A DNA stretch of 64,000 bases from an uncultured Pseudobdellovibrionaceae bacterium (GTDB taxonomy: Bacteria > Bdellovibrionota > Bdellovibrionia > Bdellovibrionales > UBA1609), in the NCBI GenBank assembly GCA_964502735.1, contig CAZCYD010000005.1, positions 54,632 through 118,631 of the forward strand, in the 5' to 3' direction. The notes under the pieces are model-generated. The model was not told the origin of the DNA. It ran no database searches and saw nothing but the letters and a program-made list of their open reading frames with translations. Shown here piece after piece: positions 19,427-27,982 of the stretch. Numbering within the stretch: the first letter of the stretch is position 1; every line of letters begins with the position of its first letter. The translations under genes were made by a program, and so were the position numbers.

Positions 19427-19876
19427 ATGAAACCAGAAGAACAGAAGAAGAATTTTGAAAAAAAACTGTATGATGCTGCTCAACTGTATGAAAGACAATT
19501 CCTAAATGAAATGGTAAAAGCGATGAGATCAACTGTAACGCACTCCGAATACTCCCAACCAACAATGGCTGAGAAAATATACCAGGATAAGATGTACGAT
19601 AAGTACGTGCAGGATTGGTCAGACAGGGGTGGAGTAGGGTTCTCAAAAATTATTTATAATCAATTGCTAGAGCGTTACTCTCCCTATCACAATCAGAAGG
19701 TGAATACACAAGAGGGAGTCTTCTCATTAGAAAAATCATCTAGTAAGAGTTTTAATAAACCTCCTGAAAGCTCATTCAAGAAGTTAGAAGGGATTCAACA
19801 AGGAGGAGGTATCCATCCCGAAGTAGAGACCCAAAATTTAGAATTGGAGGCTGATAATGGTAGCCATATTGAATGA
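19427..19876 (+). CDS. flgJ: single-domain FlgJ-like rod-binding protein (start uncertain; the frame is open from 19106)
   Basis: Rod-binding motif AAQLYERQFLNEMVKAMRSTV and GGVGFSKIIYNQL. No muramidase domain. Confidence 0.6.
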   Translation: MKPEEQKKNFEKKLYDAAQLYERQFLNEMVKAMRSTVTHSEYSQPTMAEKIYQDKMYDKYVQDWSDRGGVGFSKIIYNQLLERYSPYHNQKVNTQEGVFSLEKSSSKSFNKPPESSFKKLEGIQQGGGIHPEVETQNLELEADNGSHIE

Positions 19877-20023
19877 CTCGACTTTAGAGTCAAATTTAGA
19901 GTCAAAAGCCCAGTTGGGCATTTGGTCGAGTCTACACATTTTTTCAAAAGTTAGAGGGATAGCATTGCGGCAGGATGTCTCAATATGCTACACTTAAAGA
20001 AGTAGCAGGGATGCGGAGGAAGT

Positions 20024-20341
20024 ATGAAAATAAATAACTCAATTGGGCCTAATTTAACTCAGATTGATAATGCAAAATCTAAAGGTGCCACCGACTCAAA
20101 TGTGGTAGGTAGAGGTTCAAGAGAATCTGGTGGAGTTGGAGAGTCAGCTCAAGTGCATGTATCCGAACGTGCCCAAATGATGAATAGAGCCAATGAAATT
20201 GCGAGCAATGGAATAGATAGTGTAGATGAAGCTAAAGTTGCGAGGTTGCAAAAATTAATTGACGAAGGGAAGTACAATATTAGTGCAGAAGCTATTGCTG
20301 ATAGATTAGTGGACGAACATATGATGTTACCTTCGGAGTGA
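20024..20341 (+). CDS. flgM: anti-sigma-28 factor FlgM
   Basis: C-terminal VDEAKVARLQKLIDEGKYNISAEAIADRL. Confidence 0.8.
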   Translation: MKINNSIGPNLTQIDNAKSKGATDSNVVGRGSRESGGVGESAQVHVSERAQMMNRANEIASNGIDSVDEAKVARLQKLIDEGKYNISAEAIADRLVDEHMMLPSE

Positions 20342-20355
20342 TGAGGGATTAGTTC

Positions 20356-20871
20356 ATGACGAATCATTCTACTTATCTAAATCTTGTAAATAATCTTGAG
20401 GATATCATCAAGATTTATAGAGCCTTGCTTTTAATTGTGAGAAGGGAAAAGGAAATCTTAATTTCGGCAAATCTGGATGACCTTAACGAGAATAATAAAG
20501 TAAAGGAAGAGACTCTACTGAAAGCCAAGAAGTTAGAGAGAGAAAGGTTAGAGATTGTAAAGAAGTTGGTAGCAGAAGACAGAATTCCAAATGAAAAGCC
20601 AACACTTTTGGAACTCTCTGTATTTTATGAGGGGGACAGAGGAGAGAAGCTTCAAAGTCTACATGCGGTGTTAGAGATTTTAGTAAAGAGATTAAAAGAC
20701 ATTAATAGTTTTAATGAGAAGTTAATTAATTCGGCGTTGCACAATATTACAGGCGCTATGAAATCGATAAAAGAATTATTAGAAGAAAACAAGACTTACC
20801 AGAAAGAGGGTGGAATACAATCTAGCCCTGCAACTCAAAGTTCAGGGCAGTTGGTAAGTAAGCAAGTGTAG
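20356..20871 (+). CDS. flgN: FlgN-like export chaperone
   Basis: Helical protein between flgM and flgK. Assigned by position and general FlgN-like pattern only. Confidence 0.5.
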   Translation: MTNHSTYLNLVNNLEDIIKIYRALLLIVRREKEILISANLDDLNENNKVKEETLLKAKKLERERLEIVKKLVAEDRIPNEKPTLLELSVFYEGDRGEKLQSLHAVLEILVKRLKDINSFNEKLINSALHNITGAMKSIKELLEENKTYQKEGGIQSSPATQSSGQLVSKQV

Positions 20872-20892
20872 TCACTTGCTACTGGAGACAGG

Positions 20893-22317
20893 ATGTCGAG
20901 AATATGGTCCATGATGGACATTGGTCGGCGCACGATGATGAATAACCAGACGTCGCTGCAAACCGTGTCTCACAACATAGCAAATAAATCCACAGAGGGT
21001 TATTCTCGTCAAAGAGTAGAGCAGCAAACAAGCGTGCCTACGGGTTCTGGAAAATTGAGAATTGGAAATGGGGCTAGGTCCGTAAAGGTTACCAGAACTA
21101 ATAACCCCTATTTGGAAAAACAAATACAAAATGAAACTGTTGGTCTTGGGTTGGCGCAGTCTAAGGCTGAAGTTCTTATGAGAGTTGAGCAAGTTTACAA
21201 TGAGCAGATCAATAAGGGTTTAAATAAGTTCATGGGTGAATTTTTTAACTCTTTTAGAGAGCTTTCCAATAATCCCGAGAGTTTGGCCACTAGGACTCTA
21301 GTCAAGGAGTCAGCCGATTTCTTGGCAAGAGATTTTAAAAGGGTGAACAATCAATTAAAGAGCATTCAAAATGATGTGGACTTTCAAGTTGTTACCCATG
21401 TTCAACAGATAAATGAATTAACCAAAGAAATTGCAGCACTAAATGAAAAGGTGCAAGTTGTAGAATTAAACGATGTTCCTGCCAATGACGAAAGGGACAG
21501 GCGAGAGTTGTTACTTAAGCAATTGGGAGAGCTTATTAACATTAAATATACTGAGGGAGACACCGGCCTGGTGACTGTGACTGCGGGGAATACTGCCATA
21601 TTGGTTTCAGGCCATAGTCATAGGGAATTAATGGCAGCTCCAACAGTTAAGCATCACAACAAGGATGAGGGAAATTTTGATGTTTTCTACAAGGCCACAG
21701 ATTCTGGATCTCCTGTAAATATTACTCAGCAGATAAAGAGCGGAAAGTTGGGGGGGCTTATTGAAACGCGAGATAGTGTTATTAATGATCTGATTGGCCA
21801 AGTCGATAAAATGGCCTATGTGCTTGTGGATCAGGTTAATTCTGCTCACAGCCACGGGTATGATCGATATAATAAACCAGCCGGAGTTTTTTTTCGTCCT
21901 TTAGATATCAAAGGTGCAGCTGAAAATATTCAGTTAGATGAAGGAATTATGAAAGATGTGGGGTTGATTTCAGCTGGAGCAACTCCATTTGCTCCCGGAG
22001 ATAATAGAATTGCCAATATCATATCGGACATTCAGTACAAGGGTGTTTTGAATTCTGGCGAAACAACACTTGATGAATTTTACAATTCTTTGGTTGGTCA
22101 AGTGGGGGTCACGACGGCTAGAGCGAATAATGAGTTGATATCTCAAGGTGATCTTGTTTCACAACTAAAAAATATTAGAGAAAGTGTAAGCGGAGTCAGT
22201 TTAGATGAAGAAACCGCTAAGATGATTGAATATCAAAAAGGCTTTGAGGCTTCTGCTCGTCTAATCCGCACGGCTGACGAGATGATGGACACTGTTTTGA
22301 ACTTAAAGAGAGTTTAA
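20893..22317 (+). CDS. flgK: hook-associated protein 1 FlgK
   Basis: N-terminal ..SLQTVSHNIAN..T.GYSRQ and C-terminal SGVSLDEE..MIEYQ..F.ASARLI. Confidence 0.9.
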   Translation: MSRIWSMMDIGRRTMMNNQTSLQTVSHNIANKSTEGYSRQRVEQQTSVPTGSGKLRIGNGARSVKVTRTNNPYLEKQIQNETVGLGLAQSKAEVLMRVEQVYNEQINKGLNKFMGEFFNSFRELSNNPESLATRTLVKESADFLARDFKRVNNQLKSIQNDVDFQVVTHVQQINELTKEIAALNEKVQVVELNDVPANDERDRRELLLKQLGELINIKYTEGDTGLVTVTAGNTAILVSGHSHRELMAAPTVKHHNKDEGNFDVFYKATDSGSPVNITQQIKSGKLGGLIETRDSVINDLIGQVDKMAYVLVDQVNSAHSHGYDRYNKPAGVFFRPLDIKGAAENIQLDEGIMKDVGLISAGATPFAPGDNRIANIISDIQYKGVLNSGETTLDEFYNSLVGQVGVTTARANNELISQGDLVSQLKNIRESVSGVSLDEETAKMIEYQKGFEASARLIRTADEMMDTVLNLKRV

Positions 22318-22321
22318 TTAA

Positions 22322-23416
22322 ATGAGAGTTGCAGATAGAATGACATTCGATCAGGTTAACAAGAATCTGGCCAAAAATCGCTCAGAGATGGCAGATTTGC
22401 AAAATCAGGCAGCGACACAAAAGCGGGTGAACAAACCTTCAGATGATCCCATTGCTGCGGCCAGAGTGTTGACAACCAGAATCGATCTCCAAGGAACTCA
22501 GCAGTACATTAAGAATCTCAACTATGCACAATCTTTTTTAGAGTTTACAGATCAATCTCTGGATGAGCTGACTCAGACTCTTGTGCGCTTGAAGGAACTC
22601 ATTATTAGCCAAACGAGTGATGCTAGTGCGAACCCAAACTCAAGACGAGTCGTGGCCACTGAAGTGGAACAGCTGTACAATCAAATTGTTAAAATAGGAA
22701 ACCGTAAGATTGCCGACAGATTTATTTTTGGTGGATTCAAAACGACTCAACCTCCGTTTGATCCCAAAGGACAATACAAGGGAGATCAGGGTGAAATTTT
22801 AGTTGGAATTGATAAGCAAAGCTATTTAGCTATGAATGTACCAGGGGCAAAAGTCTTTTTGGGAGAAGGACTGTCGGCAGATGGGGTTTCACATGCGACA
22901 TCTACACAGCCTTCAACGATAGAGGACTTTTTACAGTCTGAACAAAAAAAACATCTGCACTCTTCAGGAGAGAGCCGACGGGAGTTGGGTGAATCTCTAG
23001 AAATAAGAGGACCCGCTAGCGTGAGTCCGTCAGAGAGTTACGTCCCCTCGCCACAAGATTCACCTGAGTCTCAGATAAAAGGGGTCAATTTATTCTCGGC
23101 GGTGAGATCTGTAGAGTCGGCATTAAGAGCTGACGATAAGGTGGGTTTACAAAATTCTCTGGAAGTTATTGACGATGCCATTTCGCAGGTTATTTTGGCT
23201 CGCTCCCATGTGGGGGCCAGATCAATGGCGTTAAACAGCTCACTTGAAACCTTGCAAAAAGGCAAGGTCGATGCCCATGCTCAGATTTCAAACTTGGAAG
23301 ACGCTGATGCCTTTAAGGTCATTAGCGACATTAATAAAACAGAGTCGACTCTTCAGGCAACCTTAGCCACTTCTGGAAAGATGATGCAATCTAGCCTTAT
23401 GGATTTCATCCGTTAA
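22322..23416 (+). CDS. flgL: hook-associated protein 3 FlgL
   Basis: Flagellin-like N-terminus (MRVADRMTFDQV) and C-terminus (D.D....I.D......LQA.L.) directly after flgK. Confidence 0.85.
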   Translation: MRVADRMTFDQVNKNLAKNRSEMADLQNQAATQKRVNKPSDDPIAAARVLTTRIDLQGTQQYIKNLNYAQSFLEFTDQSLDELTQTLVRLKELIISQTSDASANPNSRRVVATEVEQLYNQIVKIGNRKIADRFIFGGFKTTQPPFDPKGQYKGDQGEILVGIDKQSYLAMNVPGAKVFLGEGLSADGVSHATSTQPSTIEDFLQSEQKKHLHSSGESRRELGESLEIRGPASVSPSESYVPSPQDSPESQIKGVNLFSAVRSVESALRADDKVGLQNSLEVIDDAISQVILARSHVGARSMALNSSLETLQKGKVDAHAQISNLEDADAFKVISDINKTESTLQATLATSGKMMQSSLMDFIR

Positions 23417-23430
23417 TTGTAAAAAAATCA

Positions 23431-23507
23431 GATCAAGTTGATTGAGGTGAGGTGAGGCCAGGTCAGGCCAGGCCAGGAACTCTCACCTCGCCTCAATCAA
23501 CTTGATC
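23431..23507 (+). terminator. 26-bp-stem hairpin after flgL
   Basis: Arms 23431-23456 and 23482-23507 with one mismatch. The 25-nt loop is rich in CCAGG/GGCCAGG. No T-tract follows. Confidence 0.45.
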
Positions 23508-23657
23508 TAGGAAAAAATATTCAAAAAAGAAATAAAGACTTGTTTTTTTATCGCATCGCATTAAATTGTCTGCCTGACGATTTAGAATTGTACATTCCGA
23601 AATTATCACCCTGAGTTTTCAAAAGAAAGGAGTAAAGGCTTCTAGAAGGAGGAAGTT

Positions 23658-24266
23658 TTGAAGAATCTAATAGTTATATTGACTGTGGCCCTCTCGGTGA
23701 TCGGGTGCGGAAAGAAGAATGAAGGTAGAGGGCATAAATTTGATTCCAACCACAGGGGCACTTTGTGGCCAGAAGTCTCACCTGAAACAGTAGTTGTGAA
23801 GGTAGATGCGTCTACGGGAGAAGTCTACTATGCAACTTTAACATCAATACAGAGAGAAATGAGCTACCAAGATTTGATTCGTAACGATCAGCTCTCGTTC
23901 CGAAGACAGAGTTCAGATTCTGTTATTCTTCATAGCTATCCTACTGAACCTTCTGAGCAGCTTTATTTTGTAGAGAATGTTCAGGATTTTAAGAGGGAAA
24001 AAAGAGAAGTTAACAGTTATTATCTGCCTGGTGGAAATAGAGGGTACTATTATTATAATTGTGGTTATCAGTACGGTTATTGGGGCTACTACAACTATTG
24101 TGGTTCAGCTTACGCGCAATTTTATCACTACTATCCTATGAGTTGGTCTTATCAATATGAGTTTAGATACCAGCCTGTGTGGTATTGGAACTCAGTTTAT
24201 TATTATTACACGCCAACTTATTATTACGATTATCGAGATTGTTATTACTACATTTATGTAAGATGA
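23658..24266 (+). CDS. lipoprotein with an extremely Tyr-rich C-terminal region
   Basis: AGGAGGA then a TTG start. Lipobox VIGC. By my count 32 of the last 86 residues are Tyr. Confidence 0.55.
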   Translation: MKNLIVILTVALSVIGCGKKNEGRGHKFDSNHRGTLWPEVSPETVVVKVDASTGEVYYATLTSIQREMSYQDLIRNDQLSFRRQSSDSVILHSYPTEPSEQLYFVENVQDFKREKREVNSYYLPGGNRGYYYYNCGYQYGYWGYYNYCGSAYAQFYHYYPMSWSYQYEFRYQPVWYWNSVYYYYTPTYYYDYRDCYYYIYVR

Positions 24267-24560
24267 GATATGAGCTTAACATTTGTCTAGCGTAACAATA
24301 TAAACAGTAAGACTTAGTGTTTGCCGGGGAAATTGAGACTTTTAGTGAGTTTTTTTTACAAAAAAACTTCAGTCGGTCTTAATTTTGATTACAATCAGTT
24401 TGCCTTAAGTTGACAAGGAAACCGAAAAATAATAGCTAAGGTTTCAAACTCTTTTTCCCGTAGAGAAGGATGCGGGACCCAAAAAAGGATTGGGAAGAGT
24501 TTTTAAGATTGAAAGCGAGTTCCGCTCAATCTTTGACTAGGATGTTGAAGGAGACCCACA

Positions 24561-24788
24561 ATGTTGGTTTTAACTCGGAAACTCGGAGAAAGCATAGCCA
24601 TAGACGACAATATCAAGATTCGTGTTGTGCAAATTAAGGGCAAACAAGTTCGCTTAGGCATTGAAGCTCCAAAAGATACCAAAATTCACAGAGAAGAAGT
24701 TTATCAGGCTATTCAAACTCAGAACGAACAGTCTGCGTTATCGAGTTCTGAAAGCTCACGCGCTGTAGCAAAGCTATTAAAAACTTAA
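24561..24788 (+). CDS. csrA: carbon storage regulator CsrA (long, FliW-partner type)
   Basis: [48 protein letters not shown] plus a C-terminal extension. Confidence 0.95.
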   Translation: MLVLTRKLGESIAIDDNIKIRVVQIKGKQVRLGIEAPKDTKIHREEVYQAIQTQNEQSALSSSESSRAVAKLLKT

Positions 24789-24949
24789 GTTCTTGTTTTT
24801 ACTTTAAAATTCAAATATTTGAGCGTTGACGGGCAGACTTCAGTTAAAATCTCGTTTTAATTTTTTTGATTATTTTACTTGATTTAACCATTTTTTGCCT
24901 TGCGGTGTCTGTTTTATAGGGGCATTCTTATACGTGGTAAGGGGGACAA

Positions 24950-25489
24950 ATGAGAATCAAGACGTCTAGGTTTGGAGCAGTAGATCTGACCGAGGAAGAC
25001 ATTCTCACGTTTCCTGAAGGTTTGTTAGGTTTTTCGAATCTCAGGAAATTCGTTTTACTCGATGACCCAAATGATGAGATTTTTGCGTGGATGCAGAGTT
25101 GCGAGAACCCTGGCATCGCTTTTCCAATTCTTGAGCCAGAACTTTTTGCTGGTCAATATAAAGTAGAGTTGTCTAGACTCGATTACGAAGTTTTAGAGTC
25201 CACAAAACAAGATAACTTCAGATGTTTTACTATAGTTACAATTCCTGAAGATCCCACACAAATGACGGCTAACCTAAAGGCCCCAATAGTTATTAGTGTG
25301 AAGAGTCGGAAGGCTCGTCAGTGTGTATTGCAAGATAACAATCTGGCAATCAGAGAGCCTATTTTTTCTAAACTTCAACAAAGGGTTGTACAGAACCCTT
25401 CGGTTCCTATTAAAAGCCAGGCTTCAGAGCTAGGTGTGGCTGTAAAGCTACCCAATAACAGAGCTTCAGCACCAGAAATAGAAGTCTGA
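24950..25489 (+). CDS. fliW: flagellar assembly factor FliW
   Basis: N-terminal ..TSRFG.V.....DILTFPEGLLGF, then F.LLD, NL.APIVI. Confidence 0.9.
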   Translation: MRIKTSRFGAVDLTEEDILTFPEGLLGFSNLRKFVLLDDPNDEIFAWMQSCENPGIAFPILEPELFAGQYKVELSRLDYEVLESTKQDNFRCFTIVTIPEDPTQMTANLKAPIVISVKSRKARQCVLQDNNLAIREPIFSKLQQRVVQNPSVPIKSQASELGVAVKLPNNRASAPEIEV

Positions 25490-25515
25490 CAAAGGTCTAA
25501 AAAAGATACGCTTAG

Positions 25516-25543
25516 TTAAGTTTCAAAAAAACAATCCCGATCT
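25516..25543 (+). promoter_or_regulatory. candidate sigma-28 promoter (12-nt spacer)
   Basis: TTAAGTTT-N12-CCCGATCT. One nt longer spacing than the five flagellin promoters. Confidence 0.35.
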
Positions 25544-25720
25544 TCCTTCTAGAAGGATGGCTTCTCGCTGGCTTGAACGTTTAGTGCTTTAAGTCGGTCT
25601 ATCTTGATAGATGAATGCGAGGAGATCCTGCCACGGAAGGCAAGTCAAAACATTTCACATGAGATGTGGAGGCCTTATATATGCTAAGGATGGTGCACCC
25701 AAGGAAAGGGAGAAAAGGGT

Positions 25721-26281
25721 ATGCATTATTTTGTCTGTCTACTCATCGTGGTCGGCTCATTTATTAGTCAAAACTCATTGGCCAAAGAAGTTGCAATTTT
25801 TGATTCTAGAAAAAGTCTGACGCTATCGAAGGATGAACCTGTTTATAAAGATTTCTATATTAATGCAGGAACAGAAATTGGTTTGAGGCCGGGAGCTTTG
25901 GTAACCGTAATAAGGAACTCTTCACTCTATGATGCCTATCAGAACAAGTCTCCCGGAGATTTGACTATTTCAGTAGGGCAGGTATTGATTATTCACGCGC
26001 AAAAGGGACTGAGTGTGGGACGCTTACACAAAGTTTTTTCAAGGGAGTCTCGACCGGTTCTTGAGTACGATTATATAATGGTTGGAGACAGATTAGACAT
26101 TTCAACAATCACGCGTTTGAAAGAAAAATCGGCCAGCAAAAAAGTGCAAGAGAAGGCAGAGAAAAAAAATAAACTGGTGGATTCAGAGGAAAAATTAGAG
26201 TCTACGGATTTCGCTTCCTCCCAACCTCCACCAGACTTGTCTAAAAATGACGAACCTACCGTTATGCCAAGTTTGCAATAA
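25721..26281 (+). CDS. hypothetical exported protein
   Basis: Signal peptide (VCLLIVVGSFISQNSLA), charged C-terminal tail. No family recognised. Confidence 0.5.
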   Translation: MHYFVCLLIVVGSFISQNSLAKEVAIFDSRKSLTLSKDEPVYKDFYINAGTEIGLRPGALVTVIRNSSLYDAYQNKSPGDLTISVGQVLIIHAQKGLSVGRLHKVFSRESRPVLEYDYIMVGDRLDISTITRLKEKSASKKVQEKAEKKNKLVDSEEKLESTDFASSQPPPDLSKNDEPTVMPSLQ

Positions 26282-26307
26282 TTCTGTAAGGGTAGTATGA
26301 CCCTCAC

Positions 26308-27192
26308 ATGACTCATTATTATAAAGTTTTATTAATCGGATGCCAAAGATTTGAAGAAGATGACATTGCAGATTTCTGCTTTTCGTTCGGAGCAGAGGGG
26401 CTCAGTGAGGTGTTGAGCTTCACTCAAGATGATCCGTCAAATTATGCGCCCAAGACAATTCTTTCGCCAGTGTTTAATTTGGAGGTTTACTTTCAAAATA
26501 AACCGAGTGTGGAGTTTTTTGCAGAAATAAGAAAAATATTTACTATAAATGAAGTGGTATGTACCGAGGAGCCAAATAAAGACTGGTTAGAAGAGTGGAA
26601 AAAGGGCTACAAGGCATTTCCCTTGGTTAGAGACTTATGGGTGGTTCCTAGCTGGGAAAAGGCTCCAAGCGAAGCAAAAAAATACATTTCAATAGATCCT
26701 GGAATGGCATTTGGAACAGGGACACACGACACCACACAGCTTGTTTCTCAACTTTTAATTGGTGCGCTTGAGGAGGAGGGAGCAAAAACTCTCCTTGATG
26801 TTGGGACGGGATCGGCCATTTTGGCAATTCTAGCAAGCCATTTGGGAGTCAAACACTCTTGGGGGATTGATAATGATCCAGAATGTCTAAGGGTAGCTCG
26901 AGAGAATGTCATTTTAAACGGTGTACAAAGTACGGTGACAATACTTGATGAGAGTGTTGCAGAGTTAAATAAAAATTTTGATATTGTATTGGCCAATATA
27001 ATTGATGGAGTTCTGCTTGGCTTAAAGCCACATTTAATTTCAAAGCTAACAGTTGGTGGACGTTTAATTTTGAGTGGTATTCTTTTAGAAAGATGGTCAA
27101 AATTTCAAAAAGAGTTTGTAGAGAGTAGTGGGTTAAGAGTTGTAGCCTTGAGGGAGCAAGGCGAATGGTTGGGGGTCGTTTTGCGTGCGTAG
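26308..27192 (+). CDS. prmA: ribosomal protein L11 methyltransferase PrmA
   Basis: IDPGMAFGTGTHDTT, LDVGTGSAILAI and ANI motifs. Confidence 0.85.
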   Translation: MTHYYKVLLIGCQRFEEDDIADFCFSFGAEGLSEVLSFTQDDPSNYAPKTILSPVFNLEVYFQNKPSVEFFAEIRKIFTINEVVCTEEPNKDWLEEWKKGYKAFPLVRDLWVVPSWEKAPSEAKKYISIDPGMAFGTGTHDTTQLVSQLLIGALEEEGAKTLLDVGTGSAILAILASHLGVKHSWGIDNDPECLRVARENVILNGVQSTVTILDESVAELNKNFDIVLANIIDGVLLGLKPHLISKLTVGGRLILSGILLERWSKFQKEFVESSGLRVVALREQGEWLGVVLRA

Positions 27193-27982
27193 GTATTGGA
27201 TAGATCATCATATACAAGAAGCCGAGGAAATCGAAATTGATGGAGATCTTTTCCATCACATATGTGGTGTTTGCAGACAAGATATTGGATCTAAATTTGA
27301 ACTTCTTAATGAAGGGAAAAAGGCCTATTTGGTCGAGATTGTCGCAAAAGGTAAGAAGGTGGCGCTTGCCAGGGTTTTAGAGTCAAGAGATTTGCCAGAA
27401 TTAAAAAAGCCTTTAATTCGCCTTTGTATATCGATGCCAAAATTTTCAACCTTTGAAACTATTTTAGAAAAGTCTGTAGAGTTGGGGATTCATAGAGTGC
27501 AGCCTTTTTTTTCGGACTACAGCTTTGTTCGAGAGGCAAATAAAATTAGTCCCTCACGTCGAGATCGTTGGAATAAAATTGTGAAGTCAGCTTGTGAGCA
27601 AACGGGAAGAAGTCCGCTGATGACAGTTGAGGAGACTTTGGATCTAAAGCCTCTTTTACAGGAGTGGAATTCTGTGACCACTGATGCTCACTCTCAACAA
27701 GTACTTGGGCCCATTAACCGAGGAGGGACTGTCGGGGGTCTGTTCTTATACGAGGGCTGTGGCCGACAAGATCTTGTCCAAATTTTAAAAGAAATGAAGA
27801 GTCAAAACCTCCAAGAAGTGTGGATATTTATTGGAAGTGAGGGGGGATTTTCAGATAAAGAAGTTGAGTTGTTTCAATCAGTTAATATGCCTCCTGTAAG
27901 TTTGGGGGAGCAGGTCTTGAGGGTAGAAACCGCTTGCTTAGCTGTGACTAGCATCATAAAGTATGGACTCAATCTTTTTTAA
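27185..27982 (+). CDS. rsmE: 16S rRNA m3U1498 methyltransferase RsmE
   Basis: PUA-like N-terminus, EKSVELG, EQTGRS, IGSEGGFS..E and LG..VLRVETA. Confidence 0.8.
   Translation: MRRYWIDHHIQEAEEIEIDGDLFHHICGVCRQDIGSKFELLNEGKKAYLVEIVAKGKKVALARVLESRDLPELKKPLIRLCISMPKFSTFETILEKSVELGIHRVQPFFSDYSFVREANKISPSRRDRWNKIVKSACEQTGRSPLMTVEETLDLKPLLQEWNSVTTDAHSQQVLGPINRGGTVGGLFLYEGCGRQDLVQILKEMKSQNLQEVWIFIGSEGGFSDKEVELFQSVNMPPVSLGEQVLRVETACLAVTSIIKYGLNLF

Noticed and set aside
24395-24430. Sigma-28 promoter upstream of csrA (TTAAGTTG ... CCGAAAAA)
   Set aside because: The spacing between the -35 G and the -10 CCGA is about 3 nt too short compared with the five flagellin promoters.
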